Origin: Candidatus Thorarchaeota archaeon
Lineage (GTDB): Archaea > Asgardarchaeota > Thorarchaeia > Thorarchaeales > Thorarchaeaceae
Length of the DNA stretch: 64,000 nt
Direction: 5' to 3'
Assembly: GCA_046482545.1 (NCBI GenBank)
Contig: JAWOEX010000022.1
Span: 1-64,000 of the forward strand
Position 1 is the first letter of the stretch. Every line of letters starts with the position of its first letter. This document shows, piece by piece, positions 31,354-42,242 of the stretch. The translations under genes and the position numbers were made by a program. Below the pieces are notes generated by a model that made no database searches, was not told the DNA's origin, and worked only from the letters and a program-made list of their open reading frames with translations.

Positions 31354-33270
31354 TTATTGGAGATATGTCGGGCAAGGCCATTCAGTACACTCCAAACAAC
31401 ATGTACACCTGTCTGTGTCGACTCGTATGGTTCCATTCATCAGTTGAAGAGCGTCATTCTCACAATGTGCCACACAACTGCCACATCCCTGACATAACAT
31501 CGCTCGCTTAATAGTGCGCTCAACTTGATCTACAATATTGTGAATACGCTCTGGATTATCTCCCATGATGTTAAAAGAGCCCGAGCTATCAAGGATTATC
31601 TCAGCATTGTCCCTTTTTATAACAAGTACCTCATGACTATCAGATATCATTGTTTCGCCGAGAATTGGTATCAACTCAGATATGTGATGTAAATCCAAAC
31701 CCGAAGAGAATCTCCCTTGCATCTCATAGCAATCAGAATCTCTGGAGTGAATACTGTCATTCAATGATAGTTCTAGCTTCCCACTAGGAGAACGTCGATT
31801 AGGTGAGATATTGAGATCTAGATTTTGAGCTAGTTTCATCTGACCTGCTGGAAGATGTTTCCATCGCCAGAATCCAAAATCTACCCATTCTTGGGGATAC
31901 CCAAGATCCTCAGCCCATTCATTGAGCGCATCTGAAAGCCTCGCTTGAAGCCGGGGGTGAGTTTCTTTCAGTCCATCGAGTTCAGCTAACGAAGATGAAG
32001 GGCATAAGAAACAGCCAATTCGCTGATAGCCTCGTTTGTATAGTGGATTGAAAGGGACCCCTTCCTTGAAAAGAAAAAGCCAGACCTCGAGAGCATTCCA
32101 ATCCTGAATTGGGTTTGCAGATTTCTGGCCAGGGACCCATGGATTTGAAGTCACTCGTGGCTCTCGAGAACGGCGGAAAGACTCAAGCTTGCGCTGACCC
32201 ATGAAATTGAGTACATCACCTGAGAATTCTTGCTTAATCGTCTGAGCTGCAGGACCCAGCTTCACTATCTTGCAGCACCATCGATAATCCCTGGCGGGAG
32301 GACCAAACTCCTCCATTGCATCCCAAAACTCATCGTCCATCTTCTCTCCTATCAGAGAGACACCTTCTTCCTGTACAAATTTTTCCACAAATTCTACGGT
32401 TTCCGGAAGCTCAATCCCAGTATCAATGAAGAAGATAGGTGGTTTTTCACCCAACGCTTTCTTCACAACTAAATAAGTAGCAAGAGAATCTTTGCCACCA
32501 CTAAAACCAACCACAACAGGTTTGTCTTCTTTTTCAACAACCCGTTTGACGAAGGACATTGCTTCGTCCTCGATTCTTTGTAAGTCCTGACTACTTGCTG
32601 CTACCGCATCCTCCCAAGAGGCTTTTTTCGGATTGATATGAGGAGCAACAGGCTTAGCTGCTTCCCGCACCTTGATGGCATAACCTTTCTCTTGTTGATG
32701 CATCTGTTCCCCACTCATCCGTGCTATTCCAGTCGCAACAACTAGACCCGACGGTTCAGTAACAAAAACTTCGTCACCAATATTAATTTCAGAATCGCAT
32801 CCAGATACACCTGGCTGCATCAGATTGGCGCCATTCAAGAGAAAACGAACAACATCATCATCGCAACCCACCCATTTTAGATCACTTACTTGGGCTATTC
32901 TTCGGCCGCCTTCAAGTGTTAGTAGGAATGTATACTGTTGCTTTGGTATATCATATCGTAGTCGGCCGATTACATATCCATCTACAGCAATCTCGAACAT
33001 CGCATCAAGAGAAGGGGCTTTGTTCATGACAATCGTTTTGTTGTCAGGCAAGATAGTTCTCCCAGTATTCTCTCCAAATTGGCGGTCCAACGCACTGCGT
33101 GCTAACCGCAAATGACCTTCCATAGCAGGGAAAGAATCACCAGGAGGTGAAATCTTCACATCTCTTGGTTTCTTACCGCACACGGCACAAGAAGTCTCTC
33201 GCGGTTTTGGTACATTGCATGTATCACACCAGAATAGGCGTATCTCGCCCAGATAGGGTGCGCCGCCCAG
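31354..33270 (-). CDS. PAPS-reductase-family protein with Zn ribbon, PUA domain and C-terminal ferredoxin (start probably CTG 33270)
   Basis: YLG.IRLFWCDTCNVP upstream of the ORF-track start; PUA (GANLMQPGV); FSGGKDS; WCCK; RIGCFLCP; CxxCxxCxxxC. Confidence 0.85.
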   Translation of the reverse strand: MGGAPYLGEIRLFWCDTCNVPKPRETSCAVCGKKPRDVKISPPGDSFPAMEGHLRLARSALDRQFGENTGRTILPDNKTIVMNKAPSLDAMFEIAVDGYVIGRLRYDIPKQQYTFLLTLEGGRRIAQVSDLKWVGCDDDVVRFLLNGANLMQPGVSGCDSEINIGDEVFVTEPSGLVVATGIARMSGEQMHQQEKGYAIKVREAAKPVAPHINPKKASWEDAVAASSQDLQRIEDEAMSFVKRVVEKEDKPVVVGFSGGKDSLATYLVVKKALGEKPPIFFIDTGIELPETVEFVEKFVQEEGVSLIGEKMDDEFWDAMEEFGPPARDYRWCCKIVKLGPAAQTIKQEFSGDVLNFMGQRKLESFRRSREPRVTSNPWVPGQKSANPIQDWNALEVWLFLFKEGVPFNPLYKRGYQRIGCFLCPSSSLAELDGLKETHPRLQARLSDALNEWAEDLGYPQEWVDFGFWRWKHLPAGQMKLAQNLDLNISPNRRSPSGKLELSLNDSIHSRDSDCYEMQGRFSSGLDLHHISELIPILGETMISDSHEVLVIKRDNAEIILDSSGSFNIMGDNPERIHNIVDQVERTIKRAMLCQGCGSCVAHCENDALQLMNGTIRVDTDRCTCCLECTEWPCPTYLQ

Positions 33271-33295
33271 AATCTACACCTCGATTAGCATGGAA

Positions 33296-33961
33296 CTAGT
33301 CACCATTTCTACTAATGATTTGAATGCCTCTGCTGGCGCCAATTCGTGTTGCACCGGCGTCAATCATGGCCTTTGCTTCATCATATGTGTGGATTCCACC
33401 AGCGGCCTTGATACCGACCTTACCGCCGATAGCATCACTCATGATTTCAATATCTACAACTGACGCTCCACGAGGGCCAAAACCGGTAGATGTCTTGACA
33501 AATGCAGCTCCAGCGCTCTCTGCCAGACAGCAAGCTGTTGTGATTTCATTCTTGGTGAGGAATCCAGTCTCCAGAATCACCTTTACGAGTTTCTTTCCCG
33601 AAGCTTCAACGACGGCAGCAATATCTTCTTCTACATGCTCTTTGTTTCCAGACTTCATCGCACCTATGTTCATGACCATATCTATTTCATCAGCGCCATT
33701 CTTTACTGCGCACTCAGCTTCAAACGCCTTGGCTTCTGTCACCATGGCGCCTAACGGAAAACCAACTACGCTGCAAACTTCCACGTCTGTTTCAGCAAGC
33801 TCCTCAGAAGCAAGTAATACGTTGCAGCTATTCACACATACAGCCCCAAATCCGTGATTTATCGCTTCTTGGCATAAATCCCTTATTCGGTCAGGTGTAG
33901 CATCGGGTTTCAGCTCTGTATGATCTATCATTTGGGCTAGTTTACCGGATGTGAGGGGCAT
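33296..33961 (-). CDS. deoC: Deoxyribose-phosphate aldolase
   Basis: IDHTELKP, VGFPLG, EIDMV, KVILET, FVKTSTGF, KAAGGI, RIGAS. Confidence 0.97.
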   Translation of the reverse strand: MPLTSGKLAQMIDHTELKPDATPDRIRDLCQEAINHGFGAVCVNSCNVLLASEELAETDVEVCSVVGFPLGAMVTEAKAFEAECAVKNGADEIDMVMNIGAMKSGNKEHVEEDIAAVVEASGKKLVKVILETGFLTKNEITTACCLAESAGAAFVKTSTGFGPRGASVVDIEIMSDAIGGKVGIKAAGGIHTYDEAKAMIDAGATRIGASRGIQIISRNGD

Positions 33962-34025
33962 AGGTATAACTCCGGTCAGGAAGTTGACTGGTCAACGCTA
34001 TTAATATCTTCGAAAAGGACTATGC

Positions 34026-34361
34026 TTAGCTGCCGCCAAGATATGCCTTGATATCATCAAGGACTTCCTTCTGCAGACGTATGACATCATGCACTTCGAT
34101 TTCCTCGGCTTCGTTAACAACGCTGTTTAGCTGAACCACAGTACCCACTTCTGCTATTTTTTCAAAATCAACGGGAAATTCCACTTCTGCACCTTTCACA
34201 ATAAGCTCTGAGCGAGTGGGATGAAGTGAGATGCGTATACTTCGTACAATGCCAATTCGCCTAGCCCTACTATCAAGCACTTCTTTCCCCAGTAAACGGC
34301 CGGGCATACTGAGTTCATAGAGTTCTGCCTCTATACTTGGCTTTGTCTCGCCTTCGGTCAT
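34026..34361 (-). CDS. PRC-barrel domain protein
   Basis: LLGKEVLDSRARRIGIV...V.FEKI..VG..V pattern; start taken at MTEGET. Confidence 0.7.
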   Translation of the reverse strand: MTEGETKPSIEAELYELSMPGRLLGKEVLDSRARRIGIVRSIRISLHPTRSELIVKGAEVEFPVDFEKIAEVGTVVQLNSVVNEAEEIEVHDVIRLQKEVLDDIKAYLGGS

Positions 34362-34476
34362 ATAATCGCAGCTCCATAAGGTGCAAGGAAGAGATGAAGT
34401 AATAGGCTTTTTACAGTATGTATTACTGGTGGATAGTGTGGCAAGAACCGTGGCAAGAACGGAGTCGTTTGTCAAA

Positions 34477-36768
34477 ATGAATCTGATAAAACCGGGAAGT
34501 ATAGAACACCGAGATTATCAGGTGAATCTAGCAGAAGCGTCATCCAAAGAGAGTACAATGGTAGTACTCAGCACGGGCTTGGGGAAGACCATTATTGCCG
34601 CGCTATTGGCTGCGAAGAGATTGACCAAGTATCCTGACTCCAAGGTGCTTTTTCTGGCGCCATCACGGCCATTAGCCAACCAGCATGCTAGGTTCTTGAA
34701 ACAGGTTCTTGCAATCGATAGTGATTCCATCGTATGTATGACCGGTGATGATCCACCCAGTGAGCGGCCTTCAATCTGGAAAAGATCCAGAGTCGTAGTT
34801 ATGACACCTCAAGCTTTGCAAAATGATTTGATACAGAATAGCTACGACCTTAACAATGTGTCCCTTGTGATATATGACGAAGCACATAGGGGAGTAGGAA
34901 ACTACGCATATACTTTCGTTGCAGAATTATATGAAAAGCAAGCAGAACACCCCCTCGCATTGGGGCTAACTGCATCACCAGGGCACAAACCCGAACATAT
35001 ACGTGAGGTATGTGAGAATCTTAATCTTACCAAAATCGAAGTCCGAGACGAAGCGAGTCCTGATGTGAAAGATTATGTTGTATCTGTGGATACGGATATC
35101 CGGTATGTTCGCTTACCAGCAGAAATCGAAGTTCTGAGAGATATACTCTATGACCTACTTGACGACTATGGACGCCCCATTAAACGATACGGCTACTCTC
35201 TCTCTAGCAGCAGACGTATGAGCAGAAGCGAAATCCTTGAAGTGCAAAGAGAAGTCCGTAAAGAAATCGGCTCGTATACAAAGCCACCAAGGCATCTTTT
35301 CTTGATAATGAGAAACTTAACCGCTGCAATCCGAATCGTTCAACTACTCGAGTTTGTGGGTACACAGGGACTTACGCCAACACTGCGCTACGTGCAGAAT
35401 ATGTATGAAGAAGTCCGTAACAAGAAGAGCTCCAAGGGGCTGCAGAATCTTTTATCCCGTTCGGAGTTTAATCAGTTCAACAATCTACTTGAAGCATTAA
35501 TCGCAAAAGGACACCGTCATCCAAAAGCGGATGCTCTGCTTGAGATTATTAGTGAACAATTATCAGTTGATGAGGATTCTAGAATACTCGTCTTCACTCG
35601 ATATCGTGACACCGCTGCGGAGGTTGTAGATACAATAGAGCAGCTAGATGAAGTGCGAGCCAGCAAGTTTGTTGGGCAGAGCTCTAGGGGCTCCGATAAG
35701 GGGTTCACCCAGAAGAAACAGTTGCACGTGCTGGAAGGGTTCAGAAACAACGAGTTCAATGTGCTTGTGGCAACACAGGTTGGCGAAGAGGGACTAGATA
35801 TACCGGAGTGCAACCTTGTAGTGTTCTATGATTGTGTTCCGTCAATTGTGCCCTATATCCAAAGAAAAGGACGGACGGGTAGAAGATATCCGGGCCAAGT
35901 AATCATATTCGTGGCAAAGGATACACATGATGAATTCTACCATTGGAGCGTGAAGAAAAAACTCGAGAAAATGCCGTCAGCCCTAGAGAAGGCGGAAAAT
36001 GATAGCCAGACAAGTCTCGAGGATTTTGTACCTGAAGTAAAATCGACAGAAAATGAGAAGCCGAGTAGCCCACTCATGAAAAACATAGAGGATAGCATCA
36101 AGATGATAGTGGACTCTCGAGAACTACCAACAGCAGTTGCTAGAGAATTGGCCAGACTTGATGTAGTCATATCAGGAGAGAGTCTAGAAATTGGTGATTA
36201 TGTAGCGTCAGAAAATGTTGCCGTTGAAAGGAAGGAGGCAAATGATTTCATAGAGTCCATGATAGACGGACGACTCTTCTCACAGCTCATCGACTTGAAG
36301 TCAACGTATCGAAGGCCCGTGCTTATCATCGAAGGTGAGCAGATAATCGGATTGAGGGCGGTCAATCCAGCATCTATCTACGGAGCCCTTGCCTCTATTG
36401 CAATACGGATTGGGATTCCCATAATCTGGACGCGGAATGAGGAGGAAACTGCAAACGTCCTCTATCGTATCGCGTATCTAGAACAGGAGAAAGAAAAGAA
36501 ACCAATTAGAACAAGACCAAGTGAGCCCAAAGGTCGTGACGCCGATGTACTCGAATATATCCTCTCAGGCTTTCCTGGCATTGATACTGTAATTTCAAGA
36601 GCTATTCTCACTAAGTTTGGAACCCTAGAGAAAGTCTTCGAAGCAGAAAAAGGGGAACTACAAAGCGTGAATGGTGTCGGTCCGAAGAAGGCTGGGAGGC
36701 TCCGGAGATTACTACGTACGAAACATCCATTCTATACTGGAGAAAAAGAAGAGGGAAAAGGAGACTAG
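34477..36768 (+). CDS. hef: Hef/FANCM-like SF2 helicase fused to ERCC4 nuclease
   Basis: RDYQ, STGLGKT, DEAH, TASPG, EEGLDIP, QRKGRTGR; VDSRE, GDY, ERK; C-terminal HhH2; PIP-like QTSLEDF. Confidence 0.95.
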   Translation: MNLIKPGSIEHRDYQVNLAEASSKESTMVVLSTGLGKTIIAALLAAKRLTKYPDSKVLFLAPSRPLANQHARFLKQVLAIDSDSIVCMTGDDPPSERPSIWKRSRVVVMTPQALQNDLIQNSYDLNNVSLVIYDEAHRGVGNYAYTFVAELYEKQAEHPLALGLTASPGHKPEHIREVCENLNLTKIEVRDEASPDVKDYVVSVDTDIRYVRLPAEIEVLRDILYDLLDDYGRPIKRYGYSLSSSRRMSRSEILEVQREVRKEIGSYTKPPRHLFLIMRNLTAAIRIVQLLEFVGTQGLTPTLRYVQNMYEEVRNKKSSKGLQNLLSRSEFNQFNNLLEALIAKGHRHPKADALLEIISEQLSVDEDSRILVFTRYRDTAAEVVDTIEQLDEVRASKFVGQSSRGSDKGFTQKKQLHVLEGFRNNEFNVLVATQVGEEGLDIPECNLVVFYDCVPSIVPYIQRKGRTGRRYPGQVIIFVAKDTHDEFYHWSVKKKLEKMPSALEKAENDSQTSLEDFVPEVKSTENEKPSSPLMKNIEDSIKMIVDSRELPTAVARELARLDVVISGESLEIGDYVASENVAVERKEANDFIESMIDGRLFSQLIDLKSTYRRPVLIIEGEQIIGLRAVNPASIYGALASIAIRIGIPIIWTRNEEETANVLYRIAYLEQEKEKKPIRTRPSEPKGRDADVLEYILSGFPGIDTVISRAILTKFGTLEKVFEAEKGELQSVNGVGPKKAGRLRRLLRTKHPFYTGEKEEGKGD

Positions 36769-36772
36769 GTTT

Positions 36773-37468
36773 CTAGTAGACCTCAGGGTTCTTACCCTTA
36801 CCGTTTCTGTAAGCCTTTCTCAGCCTATCAGTTACATGACGGCTTACTTCCCAGTAACGCTCATATTCCCCATCACTCAGATGGAGTATACTGAGTATCC
36901 TACGCAAAGATACGTAGACATTGGGATCAAGACTACCGATATTCTTAAGGTCTTTTGCTGCTTCGTTGCGACACTTCCGCCAAAGTCTGTCCCATTCAAC
37001 GAAGAGCTCTGCTAGTTTTGCAAGCTCATCCTCGTTTTCGGGAATCTTAAAACCAATCTCCTTGAGAGGGCGGATTATGTTTCTTGCCTTGGCAACCTCG
37101 TATGCTCCGCGTTCAGGAAAGTCCTCGATAGTTGTAGCTGCAATGAATATGTGCTCAGCAACAGCACGCCAGACTTTCTTCAATATGTGACTGTTCCCGT
37201 TGCCCGCATGAGCATAACCATCAAGTTCAACGAGATTGCTTTCCTGTAGTTTCTTCAGGTGATATCGTACAGTCTGCGGCTTAATTGAGTTCTCTGGATC
37301 GTCTTTTGATAGAAAGTCGACCAGTTCTGTTGTGCTCATTTTCTTGGCTTTCAGAGCATTCAATATCCGCCGTCGGGTATCATCATTCAATGCGTGGACA
37401 GCTGAAATTGCTTCATCACTAGTTAAGATTTTTAGAGCTTCCAATCCGAACCGCGTCCCCGAACTCAA
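36773..37468 (-). CDS. ArsR-like winged-helix transcription regulator
   Basis: ALNDDTRRRIL..L...MSTTEL...QTVRYHLKKL.ESNLV. Confidence 0.8.
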   Translation of the reverse strand: MSSGTRFGLEALKILTSDEAISAVHALNDDTRRRILNALKAKKMSTTELVDFLSKDDPENSIKPQTVRYHLKKLQESNLVELDGYAHAGNGNSHILKKVWRAVAEHIFIAATTIEDFPERGAYEVAKARNIIRPLKEIGFKIPENEDELAKLAELFVEWDRLWRKCRNEAAKDLKNIGSLDPNVYVSLRRILSILHLSDGEYERYWEVSRHVTDRLRKAYRNGKGKNPEVY

Positions 37469-37604
37469 TGTGTATTTCTCCTAATGGAAATTAAGCTTTC
37501 AGAAATGCTCATCCTCACGATGACAGAAGGGTTATCCCCCTGCCATTTACGGCGCTCATTGAAATCAATACCCTTGAATATTGTCAAGGGATTAGGTACA
37601 TACC

Positions 37605-37862
37605 TTACGCAGGCACGTATATCCATTGCCGCATATCTTGTAGACAGGGCACTCTCTTGATTAGGTCTTTCTTGAGCAGCTTCCGGAGAGCGTATCGTAC
37701 AGTCCGTGGAGCAAAGGATACTTTATCCAGCAGCTGTTTTGGAGTTACACCATCTTTACCACTACTGCGAAGAATGTCGAGAACAATCTTCTGGCTCTTA
37801 GTGAGCTTGAGATCTTTCAACTCTTCTTGCAATTCCTCGTCGGTCATCATTTTTTGGTTCAC
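37605..37862 (-). CDS. Small winged-helix DNA-binding protein
   Basis: PRTVRYALRKLL..DLI...P...DMRQ..Y. Confidence 0.8.
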   Translation of the reverse strand: MNQKMMTDEELQEELKDLKLTKSQKIVLDILRSSGKDGVTPKQLLDKVSFAPRTVRYALRKLLKKDLIKRVPCLQDMRQWIYVPA

Positions 37863-38089
37863 CTACTTCTCATTATCTCAATATACCAGACTGAAATTAT
37901 CATTCCCAGTGGTACATCACATGACATTATTGTTACAATTACCCTTATTAATGTATCGCAGTTTTGTTTACTGTATCGCGGTCTGAGACTGCGGTAAGAT
38001 GGACGTGTACATACATGGAATGGAGAATTGCAGCTCCCGTACTGCGCCAAAATATATAGTATGGTGAAACATCGAATGCATGAATAGCA

Positions 38090-39370
38090 ATGAAGAAAGC
38101 TGCAATACTCGCTGCTGGCGACTCAACCCGGATGATGCCTCTCTCAGCAAATGTTCCAAAACACCTTCTTCCTATAGCCGGGAAGCCATTACTGTTTCAT
38201 ACATTAGAACAGCTAAAGGCTGCCGGAATTGAAGAGTGTCTCATAATATATGGATACCACGGTGAGGAACTGAAACACGCAGTAGAATCACATGATTGGG
38301 GCATAATGAATGTCGAGTTTACTTACCAGAAAGAACGCAAAGGAACAGCTCATGCAGCTTCCTATGCTCGCGAGTTCGCCAACTCAGATGAGATTCTACT
38401 CATGTATGGTGACGTGATGGTAGGTCCTGATACATTCCGGAGTTTCATTGAGTTTCATGAAGATGGGGAATATGAGGCTACAATGTCTGCATACGAAGTT
38501 GATAATCCTTCTGCTTATGGGGTCATTCAAATGGAGGGGGGGTTGGTAAGCAGTATCATAGAAAAGCCAGATTCAGACAATGCGGGAAACCTCGCTAATG
38601 CGGGTATCTATGTTGTGGGAAGTAGTTTATGGGACGCGATAAACCAGACGAAGGAATCAGCAAGAGGCGAATATGAGATTACAGATTCAATTGAGCGTAT
38701 AGCAGAAGAGGGAAGGGTTGCTGGATTCAAGCTTCCATCGTGGTGGGTAGATATTGGCAAGCCATGGGATATTCTAGAAGCAAACAAATTGGTTCTTCAA
38801 TCATATGAACGGAGAATCGATGGTACTATCGAAGAGGGTGCACAAGTGAAGGGTGAAGTTGTTGTGGATAGGGGAGCAAAGATTCTGAGTGGTGCATATA
38901 TTATAGGGCCAGTTTATGTGGGGGAGGGGGCAAAAATAGGGCCTAATTGCTATATTAGACCGTACACATCACTCGGTCGAGATGTTAGAATTGGGAATGC
39001 AGTAGAAATCAAGAACAGCGTGATAATGGATCATACAAATGTCGGTCACCTTTCCTATGTAGGGGATTCAGTGATTGGACATAATACGAATCTGGGAGCC
39101 GGTACTATCACAGCCAATCTCAGACATGATGATGCAGATATAATGGTCACAGTGAAGGGGGAGAGAAGAAGCTCTAGAAGGCGAAAGCTTGGTTCTATCT
39201 TAGCAGATAATGTAAAGACAGGGATAGGAACCTGTCTGGGTCCGGGTGTCGTTGTTGGTACAGGAGGAAAAACTGGTATGGGAGTAATTGTTGATAGGGA
39301 TATAGAGGATAACACATTGGTTATAGCTGAGCAACCAACAAACCGCAGAAAAATGAGTGGCAACGAATGA
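38090..39370 (+). CDS. glmU: Bifunctional sugar-1-phosphate nucleotidylyltransferase/acetyltransferase (GlmU-like)
   Basis: ILAAGDSTRM.P...PK, GTAHA, SARGEYEITD, hexapeptide repeats, HLSYVGDS, GAGTITANLRHD. Confidence 0.9.
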   Translation: MKKAAILAAGDSTRMMPLSANVPKHLLPIAGKPLLFHTLEQLKAAGIEECLIIYGYHGEELKHAVESHDWGIMNVEFTYQKERKGTAHAASYAREFANSDEILLMYGDVMVGPDTFRSFIEFHEDGEYEATMSAYEVDNPSAYGVIQMEGGLVSSIIEKPDSDNAGNLANAGIYVVGSSLWDAINQTKESARGEYEITDSIERIAEEGRVAGFKLPSWWVDIGKPWDILEANKLVLQSYERRIDGTIEEGAQVKGEVVVDRGAKILSGAYIIGPVYVGEGAKIGPNCYIRPYTSLGRDVRIGNAVEIKNSVIMDHTNVGHLSYVGDSVIGHNTNLGAGTITANLRHDDADIMVTVKGERRSSRRRKLGSILADNVKTGIGTCLGPGVVVGTGGKTGMGVIVDRDIEDNTLVIAEQPTNRRKMSGNE

Positions 39371-40893
39371 CGCATATGGATTTCACTGAGCTGAATGTAA
39401 TTAGGAAAAATGCTCAGAAAGTGGATGTACTGTTCGGCTATTGTTATCCTTCCACCTATAGAACCGGGATGACTAGTCTGTCAACACATTTATTCTACAC
39501 TATACTTAACGCGCGAAAGGATACATCTTGTGAGAGATACTTCCGATATGATGTACCATCCCCCGCGGCCTCACTTGAAAGCGGCAGACCGTTAAAAGAG
39601 AATCATATAGTAGGTTTTTCGCTTACTTATGAGCAAAACATCACGGCTATTCTGGAAATGTTAGCCTATGGAGATATTCCATTACTTGCCAAGAATAGAA
39701 GGGAAAAAGACCCACTCGTTCTCCTAGGTGGTGCCGTTGTTACTTCAAATCCCGAGCCATACCGCAATTTTACAGACGCCTTTGTACTGGGTGAAGGCGA
39801 CCAAGTAATCCATGATATAATTGAAGCCGTTCCAAATGCCACCTCCCGAAACGAAGCTATCGATAATCTTGCAGATATAGAAGGCGTATATGTGCCTAGT
39901 TCCGCTCCATCAGAGGTCAGAAGAATACAGGTTGATAATCTTGATAGCCTATCCTATCCACAAGCACAGATTATACCAAATGTGACTGATGGCTCCAAAT
40001 ATGAACCGGTATTCGGAAAGGCCTTCCTTCTGGAGACTTCACGGGGGTGTGGTCATGCCTGTGGGTTCTGTCTGATTGGGCACTTATGTAGGCCTAGACG
40101 CACCCGTTCACTAAGAGCACTCAAGAATCTAGTGGAAAAAGGTCTGCACAAGACACCAGTTCGAAAGGTTGCTCTCATAGCATCTTCACTGGGAGACCGA
40201 GATAATGTAGAAGAATTAACCTCATGGATTGTAAAACAAGGGTTGAGTCTATCTGTCCCTTCTCTTCGAGCTGATAGTGTCACTCCGGATTTGCTTTCAG
40301 CAATTGTGGCGGGAGGGCAGCGTACACTTACGATTGCACCCGAAACGGGATCAGAAGAGCTCAGACAACAGATTGGAAAAGGTCTTACGGATGAAGACAT
40401 ATTCAGGGCCGTTTCACTGGCCGAGAAAGCTGGATTCACTTCAGTTAAACTCTATTTTATCATAGGATTGCCTCACGAAACAGCCAAGGACATTAAAGAT
40501 ATTATTCAACTTGTCAAGAAATTGGCAAAGCAATCACAAGTTGAAATCAAAGTAAATGTTAATCCATTTGTGCCGAAGGCCGGAACAGGGTTTCAGCGCT
40601 ATCCTCAGCCCCCTCTCGATATACTCCGAAGAAAGACAAAAGAAATAGGCGATGGACTCAACCAAGTTCCAAATGTGAGATGCACCGCACTTGATGCGAG
40701 GGAAGCACGCATACAGGCTGCCCTATCCTTGGGCGATAGCAGGATTTCAGAGGTCATCCGGCTTGCCACCCGATATGGGGGTTATGGGGGATGGAGAAGG
40801 GCTGAAACAGAAACCGGGATTGAGTTTTTCTCCATAGCCAATAGTGCAGAGCGTCTCAAAGGAGAATTGCCGTGGTCCTTCATTATGCCCTAA
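39367..40893 (+). CDS. Radical SAM protein
   Basis: SRGCGHACGFC, SVPSLRAD, TIAPETG, KLYFIIGLP.ET. Confidence 0.88.
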   Translation: MTHMDFTELNVIRKNAQKVDVLFGYCYPSTYRTGMTSLSTHLFYTILNARKDTSCERYFRYDVPSPAASLESGRPLKENHIVGFSLTYEQNITAILEMLAYGDIPLLAKNRREKDPLVLLGGAVVTSNPEPYRNFTDAFVLGEGDQVIHDIIEAVPNATSRNEAIDNLADIEGVYVPSSAPSEVRRIQVDNLDSLSYPQAQIIPNVTDGSKYEPVFGKAFLLETSRGCGHACGFCLIGHLCRPRRTRSLRALKNLVEKGLHKTPVRKVALIASSLGDRDNVEELTSWIVKQGLSLSVPSLRADSVTPDLLSAIVAGGQRTLTIAPETGSEELRQQIGKGLTDEDIFRAVSLAEKAGFTSVKLYFIIGLPHETAKDIKDIIQLVKKLAKQSQVEIKVNVNPFVPKAGTGFQRYPQPPLDILRRKTKEIGDGLNQVPNVRCTALDAREARIQAALSLGDSRISEVIRLATRYGGYGGWRRAETETGIEFFSIANSAERLKGELPWSFIMP

Positions 40894-40989
40894 GACAGGT
40901 GGAAGCACTGTGTCAGCATATGGATTATAAGTCCACTAACACAGTCTAATACGAGTTACGCCATCGTGAAGAAATATCGGTGATAAATC

Positions 40990-41328
40990 ATGTCACACAA
41001 GGATGAATTTGCTGAGAACTATCCTGCGCTTGACAAAGAACTGAAGAGCGGCAATACAAAAAAGATGAAAATCGATGGTGTTAGAAGACAACCACGCCAA
41101 GAGGGACGAAAAAGGGAACAGACATTTCTACCAGATGTGGCGGATTATATACGTAGGTGCGACACTATTGAGGAGGCATTCGAAATTGTCGATTATATGC
41201 TCAAACGTGGTAAAATCGATAAAGTAGAAGCCCAAGAAATTAAGGAAATTGTTAAGCAAGAGGGGTTACGCGTTTTTGGTGAGAAGAAGGAAGAGGGGCA
41301 CTACCTACATCACGGTATAGATAGCTAA
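40990..41328 (+). CDS. DUF2095-like archaeal protein
   Basis: YPAL..EL, P.V.DYIRRC.T.EEA.EI, GLR.FG.KK..G.Y. Confidence 0.8.
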   Translation: MSHKDEFAENYPALDKELKSGNTKKMKIDGVRRQPRQEGRKREQTFLPDVADYIRRCDTIEEAFEIVDYMLKRGKIDKVEAQEIKEIVKQEGLRVFGEKKEEGHYLHHGIDS

Positions 41329-41698
41329 TACTTCACAATATGAGCAAAGGTAGACGGGCACTCCTGCAGTAGAATGAGTGCATTTGAAGTACAATTATTT
41401 CTGTCCGTGGGAATAGTTGTTTACTATATTCTAGAGATTTTTGGATAAGATAATAGAAACTCAATAGCAGAAGGGTTGATTATGACCATTAGAGAAGTAA
41501 AGAAATCAGAAGATGGATACATCTTGGAAAAACACGGTGGTTCTTTGCAGACAAACTCATACAGAAACTATGCGACTGGATTGGTTCGTACATGCCTCGT
41601 TTCTTGGCCATATCAGAAACCGCCTCAATCTGGGATAGCGACTCTTTGTCGTCCTAGTTGTGGTGTTGCTTTAGGAGTTGGAAACTACCAATATGAAA

Positions 41699-42208
41699 TC
41701 AAATCCATGGTACAGCATGAATGAATGCAAGAATTGATGCTATCATGAACCCACGTATGAGAAGCGAATGACCCTTCGATTTGAGATCAGGTGAGCTTGG
41801 TGTAAAATAGAGAATTGCGCCAGTAAGAATAGCAATTGCAGCTATTATCTCCACAAATATCACCAGAAGCGATACTAGTTGCAGATAAGTCAAACCCAAT
41901 GTGTTGTACCATACGGATTCAGCATCATGTTGTGTTGCTGGGGTTACATTACAGAAATCCGCTATTGCATCTACTACGTACGGGCCAGTGAAGTAAGACC
42001 CTATTCCAAAGCAAACCAAGGACTTTGACAAGGTGTCACTAAGTCCGGTCGCAAAAATCATTAAGCCCAACAGAACGAGGAGAAGATACCCTCTAGTTGA
42101 CAGGGCCAGAATAAGATTCAGAAGCCAGTTCATGCTTTCGAACCACTGCGTTGGTGGATCAAAATCAAAAGGGAATTGTAGTAAAGAGAAGGCGAACATA
42201 CAGCTCAC
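41699..42208 (-). CDS. Hypothetical membrane protein (two helical-hairpin repeats)
   Basis: Four hydrophobic segments; GAILYF...KG..L pattern. Confidence 0.65.
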   Translation of the reverse strand: MSCMFAFSLLQFPFDFDPPTQWFESMNWLLNLILALSTRGYLLLVLLGLMIFATGLSDTLSKSLVCFGIGSYFTGPYVVDAIADFCNVTPATQHDAESVWYNTLGLTYLQLVSLLVIFVEIIAAIAILTGAILYFTPSSPDLKSKGHSLLIRGFMIASILAFIHAVPWI

Positions 42209-42242
42209 GAGAAGCTATCCGTAAAGAAAGATATAATGGGCC

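Noticed and set aside
34438-34461. Tandem GTGGCAAGAAC repeat between the PRC-barrel gene and hef
   Set aside because: Only two 11-bp units; could be an operator but nothing else supports it.
37527-37558. Possible seventh element fragment (GAGCG..TGGCAGGGG on the minus strand)
   Set aside because: Only about 16 of 21 bases match and the terminal hairpin is missing; compatible with chance.
41373-41724. ORF 41476..41724 and upstream fragment as a gene or pseudogene
   Set aside because: No recognisable motif, it overlaps a convergent gene, and nothing supports a call.
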